Shown: piece by piece, positions 8,654 through 17,460 of the stretch
Numbering within the stretch: the first letter of the stretch is position 1
How the letters are laid out: every line of letters begins with the position of its first letter
NCBI GenBank assembly: GCA_003504275.1
Contig: DOAO01000006.1
Span: 66,588-130,587 of the forward strand
Direction of reading: 5' to 3'
DNA length: 64,000 bases
Source: Patescibacteria group bacterium
Lineage (GTDB): Bacteria > Patescibacteriota > Minisyncoccia > Phycocordibacterales > UBA12445
Notes under the pieces: model-generated
Told to the model about the DNA's origin: nothing
Database searches by the model: none
The model's input: the letters and a program-made list of their open reading frames with translations, nothing else
Translations under genes and position numbers: made by a program

Positions 8654-11196
8654 TGGAAAATCTATTTTTACAGAGTATAAAAGTCAAAGTATCCGAGTGG
8701 CGAGAAAACGGGTATCAAGGAGGCTTCAAGGAGAGCATAAACATTTTGAACTATGTGAAGCGTGTCGGCTTTTTACACGAGCCACAAATTGAAGCTCTTG
8801 AAACTTATATCTATATCAAGGAGGTTTTGGAAAATAAGCCAACGGGTGAAATTTTCAAAGACGCTTTTTCAAAGAAATCCGATTTGCTTCGTTCTCTTGG
8901 TGTGCCAGAGAGAAATATTTCGGACATTATGGAAGCCGATAATCGTGACGAGCAAATAACTGAAATCATTAAGGAAAAGTTTGGTTCTCAAGATTACGCA
9001 AATCAAGTTTATGCTCTTACAATGGGTTCGGGTAAGACAATTTTAATGGCGACTTTTTTAATATACGATTTCGTTCTTTCATACTATCATCCAGACGATG
9101 CACGCTTTGCAAAGAATGCTCTAGTCTTTGCTCCCGATACGACCATTATAGAGAGCTTAAAAGAGATAAAAACTTTTGATTATTCAAGGGTCTTGCCAAA
9201 GGAATATCAGAATATTTTGCTTAACATTAAGTATCACTACCTAGAGAGCACGGAAACAGGGCTCTCTCCGATTGGTAATTACAATGTCATCGTTTCAAAC
9301 TCGCAAAAGATAATTCTCAAAACAAGAAATAGTGATACGGACAATGGGGTAAAAAAGTTATTTGGAGATAAGGGGGAACTAGCAAAGCGTGAAGTAGAAA
9401 ATGCCCGTCTGCGTGCTATCCGAGAGCTCAATAACCTCATTATATTTGTAGATGAAGCTCATCACTCTTATGGTGTGAACCTTGAGGGTGCTTTGAAAAA
9501 GACACGCCAAACAATTGATTACTTGCACGGCAATACTCCGCTTGTGGGTGTTGTAAATCTCACAGGAACACCATATCTCAATAACAGGATGATAGACGAT
9601 GTTGTATATCACTTTGGGCTCAAACAAGGTATAGAAAAAGGCATCTTGAAACAAGTGAAGATATTGGATTTCGGAGAGGTCCGCTCGGAGATTTTCATTG
9701 AAGAAGTGCTCTCTACATTCTGGTCCGAGTATGGAGAAAATCGCCTCGAAGGTCGTCTGCCTAAAATGGCTTTCTATGCTCCTAATATTGATAATTTACA
9801 AAATGAACTCAAGCCTCGTATTGAGAGAATTCTCGCTGAGATGGATATACCTATTGATAAAGTCCTTGAGTATCACACCGAAGCAGAAGACAGTAAAGAT
9901 GAGTTTCGAATACTTGATACTATAGATAGTAAGAAACAGTTTGTGCTTCTTGTTGGTAAGGGGACCGAAGGATGGAACTGTCGCTCATTGGTTGCTTGTG
10001 CTCTCTATCGTAAGCCATCTAGCTCAATTTTTGTGCTCCAAGCATCTACACGCTGTATGAGGTCCATTGGAGATAATTCTACACGAGCCCATATATTCCT
10101 CTCAAAAGAAAACTATAAGGTATTAGATAAAGAGCTTAAGAACAACTTTGCTTCAAGCATTCAAGACATCAACAACCAAGAGCAAAAGAGCTTCGAGTTT
10201 GAAATTAAAGTTGAAAAGAAAAAGACCATCAAGGTAAAAAAGCTCATCCGAGATATTATTTCCACACAGGCAACAAATACAGACGATATCAAGATTGATA
10301 TTAAGAAATATAAACCAGAGAAATACGAGCACTATATCTTGGGTTCAGAACTTGTTGTAGATACTTCTGGCAAGGCAATTTTTAAGCACGATACGCTTGG
10401 CTCAAAGAAAATAAAAGAGAGTAATTCATATACCTATTATGAAATCGTAGAGCTTATCAATCGCTACACACATTTGCCATGTTTAGCGATAGGTAAATTA
10501 TTGGAAAATATCGGATTGTCTAGGAATGAGCTAGCAAGTAAAGTGAATACGAGTGTGGGGTTTTTACCCTTCATTATTCAATCTGTTCTTGAAACTGTTT
10601 ATCAGTATACGGAAACAGAAACAGCTACCGAAGAAGAAATTGAACTTACTAAAGAATACCCGTTTAAGATGAGCCGAGAGGAGGGTAAAAAAGCCCTTGT
10701 TGTATTTAAAGAAAAAGAGGAAGCAGACGGAGCTACAAGTCGTATCGGTTTTCATATCAACCCTTATAATTTTGACAGTAGCGATGAACGGGACCTGTTC
10801 CGACAATTCCGACAGCTTCTGGTAGATAAAGAGACGATTAAGGATGTTTACTTTAATGGTGGAGTTACTACCATTGCTCACAATGATTTTTATGTTGAAT
10901 ATTGGAACCCTACAGAACAGCGTATATCCAAGTATTTTCCAGACTTTTTGATAGAAACTGATAAGGGTCGTTTCTTGGTTGTAGAGGTAAAATCTGGGTC
11001 CGAAAAGACAGAGTATGAAGCAAACAAGAAACGCTACAATGGGACCAACACATCACTCTTTAATGAGGTATATGCTAAAGAGGTTGGCTTCCTAGATTTT
11101 CAAAAAGTGAATAAGGATTTTGAATACAAAGTCATCTTTGACGCTCACTTGCAAGAAAGACAGCGAGAGCTCTTTGAGATGATTAGAACTCTGTAA
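8653..11196 (+). CDS. res: Type III restriction subunit (SF2 helicase + PD-(D/E)xK nuclease)
   Basis: TMGSGKT Walker A, DEAHH, EGWN, C-terminal PDFL...VEVKS. Confidence 0.88.
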   Translation: MENLFLQSIKVKVSEWRENGYQGGFKESINILNYVKRVGFLHEPQIEALETYIYIKEVLENKPTGEIFKDAFSKKSDLLRSLGVPERNISDIMEADNRDEQITEIIKEKFGSQDYANQVYALTMGSGKTILMATFLIYDFVLSYYHPDDARFAKNALVFAPDTTIIESLKEIKTFDYSRVLPKEYQNILLNIKYHYLESTETGLSPIGNYNVIVSNSQKIILKTRNSDTDNGVKKLFGDKGELAKREVENARLRAIRELNNLIIFVDEAHHSYGVNLEGALKKTRQTIDYLHGNTPLVGVVNLTGTPYLNNRMIDDVVYHFGLKQGIEKGILKQVKILDFGEVRSEIFIEEVLSTFWSEYGENRLEGRLPKMAFYAPNIDNLQNELKPRIERILAEMDIPIDKVLEYHTEAEDSKDEFRILDTIDSKKQFVLLVGKGTEGWNCRSLVACALYRKPSSSIFVLQASTRCMRSIGDNSTRAHIFLSKENYKVLDKELKNNFASSIQDINNQEQKSFEFEIKVEKKKTIKVKKLIRDIISTQATNTDDIKIDIKKYKPEKYEHYILGSELVVDTSGKAIFKHDTLGSKKIKESNSYTYYEIVELINRYTHLPCLAIGKLLENIGLSRNELASKVNTSVGFLPFIIQSVLETVYQYTETETATEEEIELTKEYPFKMSREEGKKALVVFKEKEEADGATSRIGFHINPYNFDSSDERDLFRQFRQLLVDKETIKDVYFNGGVTTIAHNDFYVEYWNPTEQRISKYFPDFLIETDKGRFLVVEVKSGSEKTEYEANKKRYNGTNTSLFNEVYAKEVGFLDFQKVNKDFEYKVIFDAHLQERQRELFEMIRTL

Positions 11197-11200
11197 AAAT

Positions 11201-11389
11201 ATGCAAATATCAGACAAACATTTCTTGGAGTTTAAGAAGTTAATGAGAGATAAGGTGGGGGAGGAAAAATACAATAAAATGACAGAACAAGAACTCCTTG
11301 CAAGTGCAATCGCCTTAATAACTATGATGAAAGCGGTCTATAAACCAATCACAAAAGAGGCTTATGAAAAATACAAGAAAGCAAATTGA
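11201..11389 (+). CDS. Small helical hypothetical protein
   Basis: 62-aa ORF directly after res; resembles ORF 11563-11802. Confidence 0.6.
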   Translation: MQISDKHFLEFKKLMRDKVGEEKYNKMTEQELLASAIALITMMKAVYKPITKEAYEKYKKAN

Positions 11390-11396
11390 AGATAAA

Positions 11397-11555
11397 ATGC
11401 CACAGTGTAAGGAGGCAGATTGCAATGAGCTATTAGTTGCTGATAATGACGGATATTGTCTTCGCCATATTTGTCCGCCTCCCATACCTTTGATACTTCA
11501 GTATCTTAATGAACAAGATACAAAGAAAAAAGAAAAGAATGAGGAAGTAAAATAA
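11397..11555 (+). CDS. Small Cys/His-rich hypothetical protein
   Basis: MPQCKEADC...GYCLRH; ATG at 11397 follows the previous stop. Confidence 0.45.
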   Translation: MPQCKEADCNELLVADNDGYCLRHICPPPIPLILQYLNEQDTKKKEKNEEVK

Positions 11556-11562
11556 AAAAACT

Positions 11563-11802
11563 ATGGTCCATATATCTCCAGATACTGTTGAGAGGTTCAA
11601 ACAGATATTCAAAAGAGAATATGGTGTTGAATATTCTGATAGTGAAGCGTGGGAAGCTACTCATAATCTACTAGGGGCTTTTAATATTTTATTAAAAGAA
11701 GACAAAAAACAACATCCAGAGAATTATAAGAAGAAAATATATAGTGATGACGGAGGTGGGGTGATTATACAGACAAAATCTGATAAAATAATCTCGGAGT
11801 AG
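11563..11802 (+). CDS. Small helical hypothetical protein
   Basis: 79-aa ORF (ISPDTVERFKQIFKREYG...EAWEATHNLL). Confidence 0.6.
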   Translation: MVHISPDTVERFKQIFKREYGVEYSDSEAWEATHNLLGAFNILLKEDKKQHPENYKKKIYSDDGGGVIIQTKSDKIISE

Positions 11803-11981
11803 CCAGAGTTGATATTTTATAGCTTCGGTTATAAACGGGGGTTGTGAATTAAGTCCGTCATCCGCCTCGTGCGGTGGATTTGTCCGAAAGGGCAGAGGGT
11901 AGCGGTGAAAAGCGATAACTGGCTTACGGGTGTATCAAGAGTGTTACTCTGACAAAGAACTTCCATCTGTGGGAGTTTTTT
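11794..11981 (+). ncRNA. Candidate structured small RNA with intrinsic terminator
   Basis: TG-A-TAAAAT upstream, closing stem AGCCAG/CTGGCT, TTCG and GAAA tetraloop hairpins, terminator AACTTCCA...TGGGAGTTTTTT. Confidence 0.4.
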
Positions 11982-12090
11982 GTTTTATAATTACTTTGTT
12001 TTATCCGCTTCATACTCTCGCATAATGTGCATTAAGTAATCACACTCCTTCGCAAATTGGTTCCAAAATTGGCACCCTAAGTCCACAAAC

Positions 12091-12114
12091 AAAATCCGCT
12101 TTAGCGGATTTTTT
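12091..12114. terminator. Intrinsic terminator hairpin
   Basis: AAAATCCGCT-TT-AGCGGATTTTTT. Confidence 0.7.
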
Positions 12115-12115
12115 A

Positions 12116-12373
12116 GTGGGCCGTAAGTAAGCAAACTTCTTTGCTTACGTCAGGACTCGAAAAGGCTCTCCCTTATTTCTGAAGATTTTTTAATCTGAAG
12201 AAATGGGAAGCCTATACCGTCCCCGTAGGGGAAGAGTCCTACCGTACAGGACTCGAAAGCCGCAGTCGGGCCCCTTGCTGAAAGCAAGGGAGACGAGGCG
12301 GGGTCGCGAGTACTTTGATTTATGTAAGGCGAAGCCGATACAGAAAGCTTAGTAACTCGTGACCGAGTCCTGT
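12116..12373 (+). repeat. tRNA-associated structured repeat (antisense tRNA 3' end + module A + module B)
   Basis: GTGGGCCGTA-[hairpin]-CAGGACTCGAA ... GAGGCGGGGTCGCG ... CGTGACCGAGTCCTG; homologous to 33465-33692 and to the minus-strand array at 51179-51758. Confidence 0.8.
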
Positions 12374-12408
12374 TAAAAAATCAATCGATGTCAGCATAAA
12401 TAACTTTT

Positions 12409-12672
12409 TCAGTTCCCCTTGATTTTAAAATATCGTCTTAGTATTAAAACAACTCCCAAAGTAAAAAGCATGATGCCTAACACTTTATAATTAGTATGGT
12501 AATCAGTATACCCACCATAATTATCAAAGGGGTTGCATAGTCCCGAGCAGACATAATTAGCGGGGCGTAAAAAATTATATGAGAAAATTAAAACACCAAA
12601 GAGCACTAAACCATCTGGCAAATATTTTTTTATAATTGAAGGTAAGTTTTTCATATCTTTATTATTGTACAT
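12409..12672 (-). CDS. Small membrane protein
   Basis: 87-aa ORF with two hydrophobic segments. Confidence 0.55.
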   Translation of the reverse strand: MYNNKDMKNLPSIIKKYLPDGLVLFGVLIFSYNFLRPANYVCSGLCNPFDNYGGYTDYHTNYKVLGIMLFTLGVVLILRRYFKIKGN

Positions 12673-12786
12673 TAATACGTGGCATAAGCCCAGGGTTGTT
12701 TGTTGTGTAATAAAACCCCCTGCCTTTTCCCTTCCCTCAAAACTTTTGCTATACTATTAAAATTAATTATTAGATAAAAGATATAT

Positions 12787-13461
12787 ATGGAGGTAGAAAA
12801 AACAAATAATAAAAACAAGATTATTGTCGCGGTGATTTTGGTTATTTTGGTGATAGGAGGCTATTTTTATTTTGGAGGCAATGATATGGGTGATAACGTG
12901 GCTGTTGTAAATGGTGAGAGTATATCCATGTCGACATACAATACTCAGTTAGACAGCGCTATTGCTCTATATAAATCGCAGGGCCTTGATATTACAAATG
13001 CGGACAATGTTTCTAGAATCAAAACAGAAGTTTTGGGTGGTCTTATAGATAATGAATTAGTATCACAAAAAATATTAGAGGCTGGAATAAAAATAAATTC
13101 AGAAGAAATAGAGAGACAATTCCAGTCAATTTTAACACAAACAGGTGGAATTGAGGGACTTAATGCTGAATTAGCTAAAAATAATATTACAGAGGAGCAG
13201 TTGCGAGAAAATATATCTAAACAACTTGCTGCTCAGGCATATCTGACACAAAATGTTGATATGAAATCAATAACCGTTAGCGACGATGAAGTTGTGCAAT
13301 TTTACTCAAATTATAGTAAGACCCAGGAGTCTGTACCGACACTAGAAGAAATCGGTGCTCAGATAAAACAGCAGATTGTTTTAAATAAACAACAGGCAAT
13401 GGTCAAAGAGTTTATTGCTTCTCTTAGGACAGGTGCAAAAATAGAAACAATAGCTATTTAA
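12787..13461 (+). CDS. SurA N-terminal domain / PrsA-like membrane-anchored chaperone
   Basis: N-terminal TM helix, VAVVNGESI, VLGGLIDNELV, C-terminal FIASLRTGAKIE. Confidence 0.8.
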   Translation: MEVEKTNNKNKIIVAVILVILVIGGYFYFGGNDMGDNVAVVNGESISMSTYNTQLDSAIALYKSQGLDITNADNVSRIKTEVLGGLIDNELVSQKILEAGIKINSEEIERQFQSILTQTGGIEGLNAELAKNNITEEQLRENISKQLAAQAYLTQNVDMKSITVSDDEVVQFYSNYSKTQESVPTLEEIGAQIKQQIVLNKQQAMVKEFIASLRTGAKIETIAI

Positions 13462-13576
13462 ATATCTTTTTAGGAAAATTTATATTTTATTTTAAAAACC
13501 GTCCAAAAATTTTGACGGTTTTTAAAAACACTCTTTATTTAGATGAATTTTCTTTTTTTAATGATAATATAAGTAT

Positions 13577-14065
13577 ATGAACCTTTTCTTGATGGTGTTG
13601 GGAATAATTGCGGGTATCATTGGAATAATTGGCAGTGTGTTACCAGCTCTTCCTGGACCATTACTAACTTATTCAACCCTCTTTATTCTCTACTATATAG
13701 GCGGAGAGAATTTAATGCCTTCTTATAACTTGATATATATAGGTGTAATTGCTGGTCTTTTGGTAATAATTAGCAATCTTATTCCTGTGGCTGCTACGAA
13801 AATAAGCGGTGCTTCTAAGAGTGGGGTTTATGGTTCTATCATTGGCTCAATTGTCGGTTTAATAATGTTCCCACCACTGGGTGTTTTCTTGGGTGCAGTA
13901 ATAGGTGCTACGCTAGGGGAATATTATGCCTTCAGTGATGTTAAGAGGTCTATCAGCGCAGGTGTAGGTTCCACGCTTGGCACTATCGCTGTTCTGTTTA
14001 TTCAATTTATTTTTTCTATCTCCGTTTTTGTCTATTTTCTAATTAAAGCACTCTCTTTACTGTAA
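13577..14065 (+). CDS. DUF456 family membrane protein
   Basis: GSVLPALPGP, GASKSGVYGSIIG, FPPLGVFLG...GEY. Confidence 0.8.
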   Translation: MNLFLMVLGIIAGIIGIIGSVLPALPGPLLTYSTLFILYYIGGENLMPSYNLIYIGVIAGLLVIISNLIPVAATKISGASKSGVYGSIIGSIVGLIMFPPLGVFLGAVIGATLGEYYAFSDVKRSISAGVGSTLGTIAVLFIQFIFSISVFVYFLIKALSLL

Positions 14066-14134
14066 AAAAACCATAAAAAATAAGGGTTAAAAAACCGCAC
14101 ATAAGCGGTTTTTTACTTAATTCGAGCTCCTCTA

Positions 14135-14163
14135 TTGCAACAATCTTAAAATAATTGTATAAT
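14135..14163 (+). promoter_or_regulatory. Sigma70-type promoter for uvrA
   Basis: TTGCAA-17 bp-TATAAT. Confidence 0.65.
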
Positions 14164-14283
14164 GCATCGCTTTAATAAAATACCATGAAAAACGACAATT
14201 TACCCGCCAAAATTTTTTAAAGACAAAAAATCATCGCAATAAAAAATAAGGTCGAATAAAAATAACTTAAACTTAAAAATAAT

Positions 14284-16881
14284 ATGGATAAAAATTTAGG
14301 AGGGCAAGACAAAATAAGAATTAAGGGGGCTCGAACACATAATCTAAAAGATATCGATCTCGAGATTCCTCGTGGTAAAATGATTGCTTTTACGGGTCTT
14401 TCTGGATCAGGAAAGTCATCCCTTGCTTTTGATACCATTTTTGCCGAGGGACAGAGACGCTATGTAGAATCATTGTCTTCTTATGCAAGACAGTTTTTGA
14501 AGCAATTTCAGAAGCCTGATGTGGATGAAATTACAGGTTTGTCTCCAGCTATTTCTATTGACCAAAAGTCACATTCTGCTAATCCACGTTCTACGGTCGC
14601 AACTATCACAGAAATATATGACTACCTCCGTGTTCTCTTCGCAAGGATAGGGTTACCTCACTGTCTTATTTGTAATGAGCCGATAAAGAAGCTTTCTACC
14701 GATGAAATCATTCAGTTTATAATGGAGAAAATAAATAATTCCGACCGAAAGGATGAGTTATCTCGTGTTCTCATTTTCTCACCAGTTGTTCGTGGTAGAA
14801 AAGGAGAATATTATCAGATGCTTTATGACTTTCTCGGTAAGGGTTTTTATAAGGCGAGGGTTGACGGTACGTTATGTCACCTCCGAGAACAAATAGTTTT
14901 AGACAAAAATAAAAAACACGATATTGATATTTTGGTTGATGAGATACCTGTCAGCGATTTTGGAGTTGATAATCAGAAGGTTAGAGACCGTCTCGCCGAG
15001 TCTGTTCCTCTAGCACTCTCTCACGCAGAAGATACGGTAAGGGTTATTTTTTCATATGATGGAGGTAAACTTCGTCTCACTGACCTTGGTAAAAAGTGGG
15101 AGGAATTCGCGATGTCTGCCAAATATACTTGTCCCAACGACGGATTTTCTTTTATTGAAATAGAGCCGAGACTTTTTTCTTTTAACTCTCCATACGGAGC
15201 GTGTCCCGAGTGTCATGGTATTGGTACTGAGTCTCTTTGGAGTGATGAGGTCTGTAAAGAATGTAATGGTCTCAGATTAAGAAAAGAGGCGCTACAGGTG
15301 CGAGTCGGTGGTAAAAATATAGTAGAACTTTCGTCTCTTTCCATAGAGGAAGCTTTTAGATTTTTTAATGAAATCAAGATGACACCAAGAGAGGTGGAGA
15401 TCTCAAAAGTTTTGACTCGAGAAATAAATTCAAGACTTAAATTTATGTTAGATGTTGGACTTAGCTACCTTTCTCTTGATAGACGTGCTGGTACTCTTTC
15501 TGGTGGAGAAGCTCAGAGAATCCGTTTGGCTTCACAGCTCGGTTCGCATCTTGTAGGAGCGCTCTATGTGCTTGATGAACCAACTATCGGTCTGCACTCT
15601 CGCGACAACGAACAGCTTATAAAAACTCTTAAGAGATTGAGGGACCTCGGAAATACAATAATCGTTGTTGAGCACGATGAGGATACTATTTTTTCTTCCG
15701 ACCACTTAGTAGATATTGGACCTGGTGCGGGGATTCATGGCGGTAAAGTTGTTATTTCGGGTGATACAGATGAACTTATAACAAATAGGAAATTAGCCCC
15801 CGTCGGCAAGTCTCTTACTCTAGATTATTTAAGGGGAGATAAGAAAGTACCTGTTCCGGAAAAAAGAAGAAATAAAGAAAAGGGTTCACTAAAGATATTG
15901 GGTGGTCATGCAAATAGCATAAGCGGATTAAATTTAGATATTCCTCTTGGAAGACTTACTTGCTTTACAGGTGTTTCTGGTTCTGGAAAGTCTACTCTTA
16001 TGTACGACATCATTCACAAGAATCTTGATGCGCGTCTAGAGAGGTGGAGAGGTTCTAAAGATCCGATAAATTGTAAAAACTTTATGGGCGCAGAGTATCT
16101 TTCTAGAATGGTGCTTATAGACCAGTCACCAATAGGTAGAACACCTAGGTCAAATCCGGCTACTTACACGGGCACATGGACCCACATTCGAGACATGTTC
16201 GCGGAGACGGTTGATGCTAAGGTTCGCGGTTGGAAACCTAGCCGATTTTCTTTTAACGTGAAAGGAGGTAGGTGCGAGACCTGCCAGGGTAATGGAATGA
16301 TAGGAGTAGAAATGCACTTTTTGCCGACAGTATATGTGCCATGTGATGTCTGTCTCGGTAAGAGATTTGATAAAGAAACTCTTCAGGTAAAATATAAGGG
16401 CAAAAATATTCACGATGTTCTCAAGACAACCATTGAGGAAGCAGCTGTTTTCTTTAAAGATATTCCTGCGATTTCAGACAGATTGGAGTGTTTGGTTGAT
16501 GTCGGTTTAGGTTATCTTGAGCTTGGACAATCCGCGACTACTCTTTCTGGAGGAGAATCACAGAGGGTAAAAATTGCTTCTGAATTTTATAGACCACACA
16601 CAGAGAAAACAATATATCTTTTAGATGAGCCTACTATTGGTTTGCATTATGAAGATGTTGGTAACTTGATCGGAATACTTCATCGACTAGTAAATAGGGG
16701 AAACTCCGTAATTGTTATTGAACACAATATGGATGTTATTAAAAGCGCCGACTATATAGTAGATATGGGTCCTGAAGGAGGGGATAATGGTGGGCAAGTG
16801 ATTGCGACAGGTACTCCTGAGGATGTGGCAAAAAATCTTAAATCCCATACGGGTAGATACCTTAAAAAGGCTCTTAAATAA
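14284..16881 (+). CDS. uvrA: Excinuclease ABC subunit A
   Basis: GARTHNLK, TGLSGSGKSSLAFDTIFAEGQRRY, two ABC cassettes (LSGGEAQR, LSGGESQR), zinc fingers. Confidence 0.97.
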   Translation: MDKNLGGQDKIRIKGARTHNLKDIDLEIPRGKMIAFTGLSGSGKSSLAFDTIFAEGQRRYVESLSSYARQFLKQFQKPDVDEITGLSPAISIDQKSHSANPRSTVATITEIYDYLRVLFARIGLPHCLICNEPIKKLSTDEIIQFIMEKINNSDRKDELSRVLIFSPVVRGRKGEYYQMLYDFLGKGFYKARVDGTLCHLREQIVLDKNKKHDIDILVDEIPVSDFGVDNQKVRDRLAESVPLALSHAEDTVRVIFSYDGGKLRLTDLGKKWEEFAMSAKYTCPNDGFSFIEIEPRLFSFNSPYGACPECHGIGTESLWSDEVCKECNGLRLRKEALQVRVGGKNIVELSSLSIEEAFRFFNEIKMTPREVEISKVLTREINSRLKFMLDVGLSYLSLDRRAGTLSGGEAQRIRLASQLGSHLVGALYVLDEPTIGLHSRDNEQLIKTLKRLRDLGNTIIVVEHDEDTIFSSDHLVDIGPGAGIHGGKVVISGDTDELITNRKLAPVGKSLTLDYLRGDKKVPVPEKRRNKEKGSLKILGGHANSISGLNLDIPLGRLTCFTGVSGSGKSTLMYDIIHKNLDARLERWRGSKDPINCKNFMGAEYLSRMVLIDQSPIGRTPRSNPATYTGTWTHIRDMFAETVDAKVRGWKPSRFSFNVKGGRCETCQGNGMIGVEMHFLPTVYVPCDVCLGKRFDKETLQVKYKGKNIHDVLKTTIEEAAVFFKDIPAISDRLECLVDVGLGYLELGQSATTLSGGESQRVKIASEFYRPHTEKTIYLLDEPTIGLHYEDVGNLIGILHRLVNRGNSVIVIEHNMDVIKSADYIVDMGPEGGDNGGQVIATGTPEDVAKNLKSHTGRYLKKALK

Positions 16882-16979
16882 AAGTTCTTTCTTGTGTATT
16901 GATAAATCGTTAAATACGTGGTAGCTTTACATTTATTAAGTTTTTTGAAAATTAAAAAATAGAAAGGGGTGAGGGGGAT

Positions 16980-17441
16980 ATGTCGCAAGGAAATTGGAGT
17001 TTTGTTGATCTCGTCAAAAAAATGAATGACGAATTAGAAACAAAGGAAAATAAAACTAAGAAAGCAAAACGTTGCTATCTTTTTAAGGGAGATATTCTTT
17101 CCTATAAAGGCAAGAAAGTTTCTGGAGTAAAGATAGAGAATGAAGAAAGTTTTGTGATCATCTTTGACGAGGATATTCTTGTGGTGGAGTTGGATCAGGA
17201 ATACGAGAAAACGAATAGACCTCCGAGATACAGCCTTTTTACATCTCTTATAGATAATTTGAGAGGCAAGAAGGTTGTGGATACAGAATTGCTGTCAAAA
17301 GACAGTTTCAAGCTTGTTTTTGATGATGGAGATTCTTTTATTGTCAGAACAAAATTGATCAACGAAAAGTCAAAGGACAAAAATAGGACGCTTGAAGCCG
17401 TTTTAATTTCAAAAGACGGAAACAAAATAGTGCTGTTTTAA
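16980..17441 (+). CDS. Hypothetical protein with internal duplication
   Basis: 153-aa ORF with its own promoter and SD; two similar halves (KGKKV...SFVIIFDED / RGKKV...SFKLVFDDG). Confidence 0.65.
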   Translation: MSQGNWSFVDLVKKMNDELETKENKTKKAKRCYLFKGDILSYKGKKVSGVKIENEESFVIIFDEDILVVELDQEYEKTNRPPRYSLFTSLIDNLRGKKVVDTELLSKDSFKLVFDDGDSFIVRTKLINEKSKDKNRTLEAVLISKDGNKIVLF

Positions 17442-17460
17442 ATAAAAAAGGAGGTTTTTT

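Larger units (their letters stand above)
1..12087. mobile_element. Integrated element (prophage/satellite/ICE-like island), right part; left end lies outside the window
   Basis: Primase-ATPase replication gene, DUF5659-like gene, type III R-M cargo and small ORFans. Housekeeping genes resume after ~12.4 kb. The right junction coincides with a tRNA 3'-end remnant (CCACA, 12083-12087), a terminator and a tRNA-associated repeat. No integrase is visible in the window. Confidence 0.7.
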
